From Anthoceros angustus (taxonomy: Eukaryota > Plantae > Anthocerotophyta): 64,000 nucleotides of DNA. A program made the translations under genes and the position numbers. The notes beneath the pieces were generated by a model. The model ran no database searches, was not told the origin of the DNA, and saw only the letters and a program-made list of their open reading frames with translations. Positions 27,715-40,185 of the stretch are shown here, piece by piece. Location: NCBI GenBank assembly GCA_010909165.1, contig MU008188.1, positions 372,001 to 436,000 of the forward strand. Reading direction: 5' to 3'. How positions within the stretch are numbered: position 1 is the first letter of the stretch; each line of letters starts with the position of its first letter.

Positions 27715-29495
27715 TCACGACTCCAGCGTAGCAGGCCTAGCGTCTATCGGCTCCAAGATGACAGGCATGCCATGCCTCGGCTGCAGCGTGAGCGTCACCT
27801 CGGGGCTAAGGAGGTATCCAGGGCTGAGCTTCCAACGGTACCTGCACAGAAGCACGGCCAAGACGACCTTGGCCTCCAGCAAAGCCAGTGTTTGGCCCAC
27901 GCATGTCCGGGGCCCCGCTCCGAAGGGAAGATACGCCATGGGATCCTTGCACGCGCCGTGGATCCCGTTCGCGAACCTCTGCGGCTTGAACTCCTGGCTG
28001 TCAGGGCCCCACAGTTCCTGGTCCCGATGCAGGGCTTGCACGGGAATGAGCACCTCCATGTCCGCCGGTATGGCGTACTTTCCGAGCTTGTTGCTGCTGC
28101 GGATGCGCCTGCCGACGACAGGCTGGGGAGGGAAGAGGCGCAGCGACTCCCACACTATCATGCCCACGCTCTTCAGCTGTGCCACCTTGTCGTAGGAGGC
28201 GAACTCGAAGCCCGGCCCCAACCCTGCTGCCTGCGCTTCCACCCGACCCCGCTCCTGCCACTCCGAGTCCCCAGCCAGCAGGTAGACGCTCCAGGTGAGC
28301 AGGCTGGCGGTGGTCTCGTGCCCGGCCATCAGCATTGTGACGCAGTTATCCAGCATCTCCTGCTCTCCCATGTGCTGCTCCCGCATCCGCTCCAGCAGCA
28401 GCCCCCCTGATGAGGCCCCTTGCACGATCTCCCCCACCCGCCTCCGGAGCAGGGCCGCGTGCCGGAGCCGCTGCCGATTGAGGTTGGTCGGCAGGTACCT
28501 GCACCGCCCGCGTCCAATTAGTCTTCACTCTTTCCTTCCCTGTTCCAGCTGCTGTAGTAGGGAGGAGATGCACCTCACCGGTATCCCGGAACGGCAGCAG
28601 CGTATCCCAAGACCTTGTCTCGGGTGCAGCGAAGATAGGCATCAAAGCCTCGGAGCAGGGCCGGGACATCGGGCGGGATCTCCCTCTCCTCCAGCTGGAA
28701 CGTGGCCCTGAGGAGTACGCGGAATGTGAGCTCCAGGAAGGCGGGGAAGACATCCACCTCCCCCGACCCCCACCGCTCCATGGCCGCGGCGCTGCATCCA
28801 GCCACCACACCCACTTTCGGCTGCAGCACCACACCCAGGACACATCACCATCACCCGCCCAGCACGCCCTCTCATCATCACACAGTCACGGCTGTCACGG
28901 GGCGCACGCACCGCACCTTGAGCTCCTTGTTGTGGAACGCCGGGCTCACGATCCCCCGCTGGCGAGCCCACGACTGGCCGCTGCTCGTGAGCAGCCCGTC
29001 TCCCAGCAGGCCTCCCAGGGCCCGGATGAAGGACGGCTTCACATACAGGTCCGCGCTGCGCTGCAGCACGTCGCGCACCAGGGAGGGCTCCCGCACCACC
29101 AGCCTCACGCTCCGCCCCAGGCAGAACAGTATCGGCTCCCGCCCTCCTGTCCCTCCGCTGCTGCAGCGGGCGTTGAGAAATCCGGTGAGCCCGTCACCTT
29201 GCTGCGGGATCGCAAACCATTTCAGTGCCGTGCCATTGCAACAGCAGCAGCCAGGGCAGCAACACGACGCAGGCAAGTAGTCCACAGACTGGTAAAAATT
29301 TGCCGTAATACCTACCGCAACGATTTCAGGAAGCTGGCCCAGGAAGGGCACGAAGGGTAAGGCCGACATGCCTTGCTTGCGACAGCCTTCGATGATCGCT
29401 CGGGGAGTCCATATCCAGACCTTGGCCACATGCCACAGGGCAAACGGCAGGGCCAGTCCCGCACTGGCAGGAACAAGCATCCACCACCAGTCCAT
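27715..29495 (-). CDS. Cytochrome P450, CYP72 clan, about 4 exons
   Basis: N-terminal anchor, LGDGLLTSSGQSWARQRGIVSPAF (WxxxR), AGHETT I-helix, ESLRLFPP (ExxR), FKPQRF, heme motif PFGAGPRTCVG. Confidence 0.92.
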
Positions 29496-29604
29496 CGATT
29501 GCCCAAAGGATCCCCTTTGCGAAACACGAGTGCGTTGCGTTGCGGTGCTCAGAGCTTCGTCTTTTTAGGTCGGCCGGGTGAGGACGTGTCTCGCAGGCTC
29601 CTCC

Positions 29605-32600
29605 ATGGCGGACATCGAGGATTTTGTGCCGTCCCCGAGCCCGGCGGGCTTGCATTCCAGACACCAGGCGAAGTCCAAGGTCGGGCAGGCCAGGGTCTCG
29701 GTTTCACGGCACGCTCCCAAGATATGGCCTTCCGGCACACCCGGCACTCAGGCAAGCCAACGTTTTCATCCATCACAAAGCAATGCTGTGCTGTGCTGTG
29801 TGAGGCGCTGCTGCGTATTGCAACGAGTCGTGACACGGTTCTCGTCCATGCAGACTATCTTCATGAAGACGTTCGGGTGTGCGCACAATCAGGTGCAGCT
29901 CAATTGCAATTCTCTGCTCTGTATTTGCTCTTCTTCTGGCATCTTCTCGTGTTTTTCACTTACGTGGTTTGAGCAGAGCGACAGCGAGTATATGGCCGGC
30001 CAGCTCTCTGACTACGGCTACAACCTGACCGATGATGCTGATGCAGCCGATTTGTGGATTATAAACACGTGAGTTGTGCACGGTCTGATGGGCTTAGTGG
30101 TGATGTCCGGTTTGTGGAGCATCACTTTGAACCGAGCTGCTTTTGAAAAACAGGTGCACTGTGAAGGCTCCGAGTCAGTCAGCCATGGAGACTCTTATAC
30201 GCCGGGGGAAGGATGCATCCAAGCCACTAGTTATTGCCGGATGTGTGTCGCAAGCTAGCAGTGGCATGGATGTGCTCAAGGGTGTGAGCATTGTGGGAGT
30301 GCAACAAATTAATCGAGTTGTGGAGGTGGTGGAGGAGACCTTGAAAGGTCATGAAGTGCGGTTTCTCAAGCGAGGGACTCTTCCTTCTCTTGACTTACCC
30401 AAGGTCCTCTCTTAAATATGTGGTCTTCTGATGTGCTGGCTACATGCTTGTGCTGGGAACCCCAATCTGAAGCTGCATCGCTGTTTCACATTGGCTCCCC
30501 ACCGCGACTCGCTTTTCACTTCTCTCGATGCGACTGTGTTTGTGGGGTTCTGATGATACTTGCAATGGTGCAGGTAAGGAAGAACCAATATGTGGAGATT
30601 ATCCCCATCAGTGTTGGCTGTCTGGGAGCTTGTACGTACTGCAAAACAAAACATGCGCGTGGGCATCTTGGCAGTTACGCCTTGTCCGCCATAGTAAGTC
30701 TTGCTCTCCTCGAAGCGCCTCTGTTGGAAAAAGTACCTGCTTGGTGTTGACTGCACTACTGTGGCAAGTGGCCACAGTTTTCTTCTTTGAGCGTTGGGCA
30801 ACATCCACTGATGCAGTACACCACATGCTCTCACTGATTTCAATGTGTCATGCCTTAATGATTTTCCCTTTTATGGGATCTCAAAGGGATGACACTAAAT
30901 ACTATTATCTTCATAACACTCCTGTTCTGCAGATTGACAGGGTGAAAGCTGTCAAAGCTGAAGGTGTCACAGAGATTTGGCTCAGTAGTGAGGACACTGG
31001 CGCATATGGTATGTTGTATACATTGAAGGGTCTCCACAAGTTCTTCGTCTGAACAAAAGCCCTGTGAGCCGCTTGTGAGCTTATATGTGCCTTAAAGTCA
31101 GAAAATTGCCCTCTTTTCACTGTTGCTTACTTCCATCGTTATTTGTGTTGGTTTTTGTTCTTTGGCAAAAGTTCTGCTGATGGACAGAACCCAATAGGCT
31201 GGAGGTAATTAGAATGGTTAGGGATGTTCTGCAGAGTGAAATCGTGCCTAACAGTTTTCACATAGTCGGTCGTAGGCCTCCTGTCTGAGAGCTCTTCCCC
31301 TCCCAAGTAGTCATGTGCCCGCTCAAATCTTGCAACTCTCGTGCAGGGCGTGACATTGGCACAGATTTGCCCTCTCTCCTAAAAGGCATTGCAGATGAGC
31401 TAGAAGATGGGGGCCACACAATGCTGCGCATAGGAATGACGAATCCTCCTTTCATTCTGGACCAGCTGGAAGCTGTAGCAGATGTTTTACGTCGGCAACA
31501 CGTCTATTCCTTTCTACACATCCCCGTGCAGTCTGGCAGTGATGCTGTGCTCCATGTGAGTTGGTCTCATGCTGGAAAAATTGTGAGCTTGCTTTCCCAG
31601 GGGCGCCATGCAAAGGTGCTGCTGGAATGTGAAGTCTAGGGTTTTCGTGTCTCGCCAATTGAGTCATCTGCATATTATGTCTGCTGCTGTTTTTGCTTCT
31701 GGGATTTAGTTAAGCAGCCAGAAGTTGCCTCTAACCCTTCAATTGTGGCGAAATGCTCATTTGGACATGGCTGGCTCTCAGCAGGGCCGAGGGGGCTACC
31801 TGCATGAAGTCTTGACTTTTGGCTGCCCTTGTTATTTGAGTGTTCAGGCAATGAATCGAGAGTACACGGTTGCGGACTTCAAGTATGTCGTTGACAAATT
31901 GTCCCACCTGGTTCCAGGCTTACAAATAGCAACGGATATCATCTGTGGATTTCCAGGTTCTTATCAGAGGGCATGAATAAAAGCTCATGCGGCTCGTGTT
32001 GACTTGAGAGCGTGGAGCCTGCTCGGCCTTGACCTGATCTGATAGGTTCTTTACTCTCACTGATCATGGTTCGCAGGTGAAACAGCTGATGACTTCCAAC
32101 AAACACTGGATCTAGTGGAGCGCTACAAATTCTCTTCAGTCCACATCTCTCAGTTCTACCCTAGACCAGGTATCGTGAGTGATTTTGAGAGGCTTTGGTG
32201 CTTTGCCAGCATGTGCAAACTGCTTGGGGCAAGTGGGGGCATGTGGTATGTCACCATGGATATACATAAGTTGAGGCAGAGTGGCGTTATGTGTCGAATT
32301 CGTCGGTTTCTTTAATAGGTACTCCAGCTGCGCGGATGAAACGTGTGCCTACTGCGGAAGTGAAAAGAAGAAGTCGAGAGCTGACCCGGCTTGTTGAGTC
32401 ATTCACTCCGTATGCCGGGTTGGAAGGGAAGGTTGAGAAAGTATGGGTTTCCGACCAAGCTGCAGACGGATCCCACCTCGTACGTTTGTCCTTCATTCTA
32501 GCACTTGGTGTATTGCAGAGATTGCTTTGCAAGCGACTGGCCTGACTTCAGCTGGACCATGTTCCAGGTTGCGCACACTAAATCCTATATGCAAGTGCTA

Positions 32601-34335
32601 CCGAATGGGGAAGCTCGACTTGGGAGCAGCTGCGAGGCGCGAATTGTTTCTGGCGGACGATGGTCTGTTATGGGTCAGGTTCTAACGGACTCTGGTGGTG
32701 GTACTCCTTTGAAAGTTGACACCACTTCAAGTGCAGAAAGGAAGTCTGAGGGCACTGTTTCGCTCGACTCTCAAGCTAACATGAAGACAGTGACCTCCGT
32801 CAACCTCGATGGGGGCAAGGGTGATGATCACACTTTACGAATGCCAGGTGGAGGGACCATGTCAAGTTCAACAGAAGCGGCTGGAGTGTGCAGTCTAGGG
32901 TTTTCGTGTCTCGCCAATTGAGTCATCTGCATATTATGTCTGCTGCTGTTTTTGCTTCTGGGATTTAGTTAAGCAGCCAGAAGTTGCCTCTAACCCTTCA
33001 ATTGTGGCGAAATGCTCATTTGGACATGGCTGGCTCTCAGCAGGGCCGAGGGGGCTACCTGCATGAAGTCTTGACTTTTGGCTGCCCTTGTTATTTGAGT
33101 GTTCAGGCAATGAATCGAGAGTACACGGTTGCGGACTTCAAGTATGTCGTTGACAAATTGTCCCACCTGGTTCCAGGCTTACAAATAGCAACGGATATCA
33201 TCTGTGGATTTCCAGGTTCTTATCAGAGGGCATGAATAAAAGCTCATGCGGCTCGTGTTGACTTGAGAGCGTGGAGCCTGCTCGGCCTTGACCTGATCTG
33301 ATAGGTTCTTTACTCTCACTGATCATGGTTCGCAGGTGAAACAGCTGATGACTTCCAACAAACACTGGATCTAGTGGAGCGCTACAAATTCTCTTCAGTC
33401 CACATCTCTCAGTTCTACCCTAGACCAGGTATCGTGAGTGATTTTGAGAGGCTTTGGTGCTTTGCCAGCATGTGCAAACTGCTTGGGGCAAGTGGGGGCA
33501 TGTGGTATGTCACCATGGATATACATAAGTTGAGGCAGAGTGGCGTTATGTGTCGAATTCGTCGGTTTCTTTAATAGGTACTCCAGCTGCGCGGATGAAA
33601 CGTGTGCCTACTGCGGAAGTGAAAAGAAGAAGTCGAGAGCTGACCCGGCTTGTTGAGTCATTCACCTGTATGCCGGGTTGGAAGGAAGGTTGAGAAAGTA
33701 TGGGTTTCCGACCAAGCTGCAGACGGATCCCACCTCGTACGTTTGTCCTTCATTCTAGCACTTGGTGTATTGCAGAGATTGCTTTGCAAGCGACTGGCCT
33801 GACTTCAGCTGGACCATGTTCCAGGTTGCGCACACTAAATCCTATATGCAAGTGCTGCTACCGAATGGGAAGCTCGACTTGGGAGCAGCTGCGAGGCGCG
33901 AATTGTTTCTGGCGGACGATGGTCTGTTATGGGTCAGGTTCTAACGGACTCTGGTGGTGGTACTCCTTTGAAAGTTGACACCACTTCAAGTGCAGAAAGG
34001 AAGTCTGAGGGCACTGTTTCGCTCGACTCTCAAGCTAACATGAAGACAGTGACCTCCGTCAACCTCGATGGGGGCAAGGGTGATGATCACACTTTACGAA
34101 TGCCAGGTGGAGGACCATGTCAAGTTCAACAGAAGCGGCTGGAGTGTGCATGGTTTTCTCTTGTCAAGGTGTTCTAGGCGTCCTGCGCACGCTAACGATT
34201 GAGATCAGGGTTAAGGGTGCTAGGGATAAGCTTCTGCTTTTCGTTCTACTCTTGCTTGCAGTCGGTTTTATGAGTGCGATGCCTCTGCAGCTCAGCAGCC
34301 TGAGCACCCATATCAGAACAGCGGGCCGCCTTGAT
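29605..34335 (+). CDS. CDKAL1: Threonylcarbamoyladenosine tRNA methylthiotransferase (CDKAL1/e-MtaB; radical SAM + TRAM + C-terminal TM). 3' exons appear in 3 tandem copies, the last ending at 36368
   Basis: [62 protein letters not shown] (CxxxCxxC), [43 protein letters not shown], hydrophobic tail [13 protein letters not shown]. Confidence 0.93.
31633..34150. repeat. Near-identical 1259-bp tandem duplication inside CDKAL1
   Basis: Identical ORFs at 31725 and 32984, and at 32115 and 33374 (offset 1259). Junction at ~32892. Confidence 0.95.
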
Positions 34336-34460
34336 CGGATCAGTCTTGTCTCCAACGCTGGTTCCATGTCTAGAACCTTTCGACTTGTAACTGTAACTGT
34401 GGCCAGCAATGCAAAGCCAGAGAAACTGAAGCCTGTCAAGAAGAGGAGCAATCGCTGGTG

Positions 34461-34615
34461 AGAAGAAGAAGAACAAGAATTTTATTCAAGTCCACTAAGG
34501 ACGGATTTCCGTCATGGGACTTGGTACTTAACAACTTTTACCATGGTGGCTACTTGGCACAAGGGCACTAAACAACTTGTACCATGGTGGCTACTTGGCA
34601 CCAGGGCATCCACTC
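34461..34615 (-). mobile_element. Short truncated copy of the structured retroelement-like 3' end with AATAAA and (TTC)n tail; second copy at ~36497-36652
   Basis: The minus strand reads caagtcccatgacggaaatccgtccttagtggacttgAATAAAattcttgttcttcttcttct. Confidence 0.6.
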
Positions 34616-36760
34616 ACCACCAGTAGTAGGATGTATACAATATATTTAATGATAAAAATTTTATGAACTTATGTTCAGGTTTTCGTTCTATTATAATTTA
34701 AAATATATTGTTTGTTTGTTGTTGGTGACTATTCCCTTTACCGTCACCGGGTGGCAAAGCGGGTTCGAACTCCAACGGCTGCATTGTTCACATTCACTCG
34801 AGCAATTTCTTTTATGTTATACTATCATTTTTCCATCGTGATTCTTTCACCTTAGCGTACATAATGATGATCTTTCACCTTAGTGCACATAAATAAAGTT
34901 GTCTCTTTTATGCTATACTATTATTGTTCCATCATGATTTTTTCACCCTTAGTTGACGTAATGATGATCTTTCACCTTTGTACACATAAAGTTGTTGTTG
35001 TTGTTGGATTCCCCGATGATCTTTCACCTTAGTGCACATAAATAAATTTGTTGTTGTTGTTGCATTCCCTAACCAACAATCTCGAATAGAGACTTTAAAG
35101 TGTGTTTTTAGCCTATTGTCAAAACCATGATTACGTATAAATCCAGGTTGCCATGACGTCTCTAGTCTCCTCGAGAACCACATCTTTTGGGCCATGGAGC
35201 GAAAAAAATCGATGCCTTGTATAGCCATTGAATCACGATGTGAACCTCTTAGAAGCGGCATGAATAAAAGTCATGCGGCTCGTGTTGACTTGAGAGCGTG
35301 GAGCCTGCTCGGCCTTGACCTGATCTGATAGGTTCTTTACTCTCACTGATCATGGTTCGCAGGTGAAACAGCTGATGACTTCCAACAAACACTGGATCTA
35401 GTGGAGCGCTACAAATTCTCTTCAGTCCACATCTCTCAGTTCTACCTAGACCAGGTATCGTGAGTGATTTTGAGAGGCTTTGGTGCTTTGCCAGCATGTG
35501 CAAACTGCTTGGGGCAAGTGGGGGCATGTGGTATGTCACCATGGATATACATAAGTTGAGGCAGAGTGGCGTTATGTGTCGAATTCGTCGGTTTCTTTTA
35601 ATAGGTACTCCAGCTGCGCGGATGAAACGTGTGCCTACTGCGGAAGTGAAAAGAAGAAGTCGAGAGCTGACCCGGCTTGTTGAGTCATTCACTCCGTATG
35701 CCGGGTTGGAAGGGAAGGTTGAGAAAGTATGGGTTTCCGACCAAGCTGCAGACGGATCCCACCTCGTACGTTTGTCCTTCATTCTAGCACTTGGTGTATT
35801 GCAGAGATTGCTTTGCAAGCGACTGGCCTGACTTCAGCTGGACCATGTTCCAGGTTGCGCACACTAAATCCTATATGCAAGTGCTGCTACCGAATGGGAA
35901 GCTCGACTTGGGAGCAGCTGCGAGGCGCGAATTGTTTCTGGCGGACGATGGTCTGTTATGGGTCAGGTTCTAACGGACTCTGGTGGTGGTACTCCTTTGA
36001 AAGTTGACACCACTTCAAGTGCAGAAAGGAAGTCTGAGGGCACTGTTTCGCTCGACTCTCAAGCTAACATGAAGACAGTGACCTCCGTCAACCTCGATGG
36101 GGGCAAGGGTGATGATCACACTTTACGAATGCCAGGTGGAGGGGACCATGTCAAGTTCAACAGAAGCGGCTGGAGTGTGCATGGTTTTTCTCTTGTCAAA
36201 GGTGTTCTAGGCGTCCTGCGCACGCTAACGATTGAGATCAGGGTTAAGGGTGCTAGGGATAAGCTTCTGCTTTTCGTTCTACTCTTGCTTGCAGTCGGTT
36301 TTATGAGTGCGATGCCTCTGCAGCTCAGCAGCCTGAGCACCCATATCAGAACAGCGGGCCGCCTTTGATCGGATCAGTCTTGTCTCCAACGCTGGTTCCA
36401 TGTCTAGAACCTTTCGACTTGTAACTGTAACTGTGCGGCCAGCAATGCAAAGCCAGAGAAACTGAAGCCTGTCAAGAAGAGGAGCAATCGCTGGTGAGAA
36501 GAAGAAGAACAAGAATTTTATTCAAGTCCACTAAGGACGGATTTCCGTCATGGGACTTGGTACTTAACAACTTTTACCATGGTGGCTACTTGGCACAAGG
36601 GCACTAAACAACTTGTACCATGGTGGCTACTTGGCACCAGGGCATCCACTCACCACCAGTAGTAGGATGTATACAATATATTTAATGATAAAAATTTTAT
36701 GAACTTATGTTCAGGTTTTCGTTCTATTATAATTTAAAATATATTGTTTGTTTGTTTGTT

Positions 36761-36819
36761 TGGTGACTATTCCCGCCTGTCACCCGGGTGACAGGCGGGT
36801 TCGATCCCCGGCAACGGCG
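36761..36819 (+). pseudogene. tRNA-Asp(GTC)-derived fragment lacking the 5' acceptor/D arm; degraded copy at ~34722-34780
   Basis: TGGTGACTATTCCCGCCTGTCAC...GGTTCGATCCCCGGCAACGGCG matches the 3' two-thirds of plant cytosolic tRNA-Asp, including the B box. Confidence 0.85.
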
Positions 36820-36839
36820 CATTGTTCACATTCACTCTG

Positions 36840-37101
36840 AGCAATTTCTTTTATGTTATACTATCATTTTTCCATCGTGATTCTTTCACCCTTAGCGTAC
36901 ATAATGATGATCTTTCACCTTAGTGCACATAAATAAAGTTGTCTCTTTTATGCTATACTATTATTGTTCCATCATGATTTTTTCACCCTTAGTTGACGTA
37001 ATGATGATCTTTCACCTTTGTACACATAAAGTTGTTGTTGTTGTTGGATTCCCCGATGATCTTTCACCTTAGTGCAATAAATAAATTGTTGTTGTTGTTG
37101 C
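36840..37101 (+). repeat. Array of ~100-bp units ending in ATAAA(GTT)n, resembling stacked SINE/RTE-type 3' ends; copy at ~34805-35062
   Basis: gatgatctttcacct(tag/ttg)t(g/a)cacataaa..gttgttg recurs three times. Confidence 0.75.
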
Positions 37102-37356
37102 ATTCCCTAACCAACCCTCGAATAGAGACTTTAAAGTGTGTTTTTAGCCTATTGTCAAAACCATGATTACGTATAAATCCAGGTTGCCATGACGTCTCTA
37201 GTCTCCTCGAGAACCACATCTTTTGGGCCATGGAGCGAAAAAAATCGATGCCTTGTATAGCCATTGAATCACGATGTGAACCTCTTAGAAGCGGCATAGG
37301 CCTCACGGTCCTCAGTAACCCGAACCATTCATCTTGTCTTTTATTTAATTTGATTT

Positions 37357-38050
37357 AAGTCCACTAAGGACGGATTTCCGTCATGGGACTTGGTACTTAA
37401 CAACTTGTACCATGGTGTGCCTAAGCTACTTGCACCAAGGGCATCCACTCCCTTTAGGCACCCCATCTAAGTACCGATCTAAGCTCATGATACTTAATCA
37501 TCCCGTTCTTATAAATGTGTGTCCATTTGGCCTAAGCCATTTGGACACACATACCTTTCTCCCTTCTCTCTATGGCCCTACAGCCTACTGTAAGTGTTAG
37601 GCAGGCCAAGCGGTGGAGGGAATCGTGGAAGGCAAGAAGTCGCGCATTGTGGAAGGCAAAAGTCGCGTGAGGCCAGTGACTAAGCTTAATAGCAGTGCCA
37701 TATGTCAATATGTATGGTAGTAGGTTGGCGAGGTGCATCTTGTAGACTCTAAACCCAAGTGTGGTTACTTTTGTGCGAAATGCTTCGCGGAAGCTCCATT
37801 CTCTCCAGTGAAGGATGGTATTGATACGGTGGCATAAACTTGGGCAATTCCAAGTTTTAGGCCGTGATCATCGGCCGAGCACTATTGTTTGAGTCGCATA
37901 AACACGTGATGCGATGATGCAAGCCTGGGTGTGAAAAATCAGGCCCAACCGCCCGGGTTGTCTTATCAGTCTTTCAGAAACTTCACAAACGATGCGGGGA
38001 TTTGCTTGCTTCCATTAGAGTCTCTAAAAACATATGACATTGTTTTTTCC
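37357..38050 (-). mobile_element. 5'-truncated non-LTR retrotransposon-like fragment with a structured ~200-bp 3' region; duplicated at ~39497-40185
   Basis: Shares 37357-37552 with copies at 56627-56845, 34488 and 36525. A-rich tail. The upstream degenerate peptide KTWNCPSLCHRINTILH is weakly zf-RVT-like. Confidence 0.5.
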
Positions 38051-40185
38051 ACTCTCACTATTCGGTAGATAGATGAGCTGCAAACATATACGCATGCTCT
38101 CAACTCTTCGCATAGGAAGCAATGGGAGGCAGCTATTCTTGATGAGTAGGCAGCGCTCATCGACAATCAAACTTGGGATTTAGTACCTCTTCCTCCTGAT
38201 GGTGGTGTTGTTGGGTGTAAATGGACCTTCAAGTGGCATCATCGGATGGGTCCATTAGGTTAAGGCTCGGGGTTGTTGGGTATTCTCAAATTGAAGGTCT
38301 TCATTCAATGATCGGGCTCGCAACAAGAACACGGAGGAGGTGGGTGTTGGAGAGATTCAAAGGCGAGCATAACTCTTCCTCCTCCGTGGGCGGAATCCTC
38401 GTCGTATTAAGCTCGACAACGTGGAACGAGAAGCAACATCCGCTACATGCGCAGTCTCAAAGATGCAACTACGCTACATGGAGCAAATGACGCCATAGAT
38501 GTCGGGACTTCTTCTTAAAGAGCAAAATGTGACCGCCATAGATGGGTCTGCCACCTCTACACTCGGAGCAAATTTAAGTATTGGGAGTTACATGTTTAGT
38601 AACCGCCCTTACCACATGTCATCTTAGATTTAGGTAGTTCGCACCGCTTGTGTGATTACCACTTCCTGCATCTACTTAAGAACCATCCGTAAACACACAC
38701 ATAACGCCTCTGGATTATACATTCTTCTCCCTCGGCCTGTGATCTGCTCTCGAGCATCATGCGCAAATGCTCCCGACTTCTTTATGGTATCGTATACGTA
38801 ATTAACTTAGATGCTGGACAAGTCGAGATGGACGCTGCTAGGACAAGTGAGCTCAGGAAACATGATAAGGAGAAGGAGCCCTCGCACACGCGCAAGACCA
38901 ATGCTCCGTATCAATCCTCACCCACTCAGAGTGATCACTGCAAGCAAGCCTCCAGATTGAGAGAAAGGCTCAGACACGGATTTGACAACCTGACTTCCAG
39001 AACCTCCACGGCACCAGACGTGTTAGGCTCAACCTGATTTAATCAAGAAATTGGCAGCCTGGCTGATTTAACTGGGCCCGGCCCCAAGAGATGCCCAATG
39101 AGACCCAGGCACCCCAGCCTGGCAAGATGTCTCACAGCACCCCATTTGATAGAGATTTTCTTGACTGAGTGATGACGAACTCATTTCACTGATAACACCT
39201 CACCTTCCTCTCAAGATTGAATTCGAGATAAAGATAGGTTTAATGGTGTTGGATTATAACATCCCAGGCTTTAAGAGTGATGATTTTAGCCTATTGTCAA
39301 AACCATGATTACGTGATAAATCCAGTTGCCATGACGCTCTAGTCTCCTCGAGAACCACATCTTTTGGGCCATGGAGCGAAAAAAATCGATGCCTTGTATA
39401 GCCATTGAATCACGATGTGAACCTCTTAGAAGCGGCGCATAGCCTCACGGTCCTCAAGAACTAACCATTCATCTTGTCTTTATTTAATTTGATTTAAGTC
39501 CACTAAGGACGGATTTCCGCCATGGGACTTGGTACTAACTTGTACCATGGTGTGCCTAAGCTACTTGCACCAAGGCATCCACTCCCTTTAGGCACCCATC
39601 TAAGTACCGATCTAAGCTCATGATGCTTAATCATCCCGTTCTTATAAATGTGTGTCCATTTGGCCTAAGCCATTTGGACACACATACCTTTCTCCTTGGC
39701 CCTCTGACCCTCACCATGGGTGTTAGGCAGGCCAAGCGGTGGAGGGAATCGTGGAAGGCAAGAAGTCGCGCATTGTGGAAGGCAAAAGTCGCGTGAGGCC
39801 ACGTGGACGAAGCTTGGCGAATAGCCAGGTGCCATATGTCAATATGTATGGTAGTAGGTTGGCGAGGTGCATCTTGTAGACTCTAAACCCAAGTGTGGTT
39901 ACTTTTGTGCGAAATGCTTCGCGGAAGCTCCATTCTCTCCAGTGAAGGATGGTATTGATACGGTGGCATAAACTTGGGCAATTCCAAGTTTTAGGCCGTG
40001 ATCATCGGCCGAGCACTATTGTTTGAGTCGCATAAACACGTGATGCGATGATGCAAGCCTGGGTGTGAAAAATCAGGCCCAACCGCCCGGGTTGTCTTAT
40101 CAGTCTTTCAGAAACTTCACAAACGATGCGGGGATTTGCTTGCTTCCATTAGAGTCTCTAAAAACATATGACATTGTTTTTTCCA

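Larger units (their letters stand above)
33229..37297. repeat. ~2.03-kb tandem duplication (CDKAL1 3' exons plus downstream repeats)
   Basis: Junction ggcat at ~35257-35261. Identical ORFs at 33700 and 35729. Confidence 0.93.

Noticed and set aside
34805-35062. CRISPR-like array
   Set aside because: Eukaryotic context, no unique spacers of regular length and no cas genes; the units are degenerate tandem repeats.
32984-36368. Independent CDKAL1 paralogues
   Set aside because: The copies lack the 5' exons and are near-identical apart from small indels.
36761-36819. Functional tRNA-Asp gene
   Set aside because: The 5' acceptor strand and A box are absent, and the anticodon/variable arms are rearranged into a palindrome.
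37357-37395. SECIS-like element (ATGA..AAA on the minus strand)
   Set aside because: Stem spacing is too short, the 3' GA quartet partner is missing, and no selenoprotein ORF is present.
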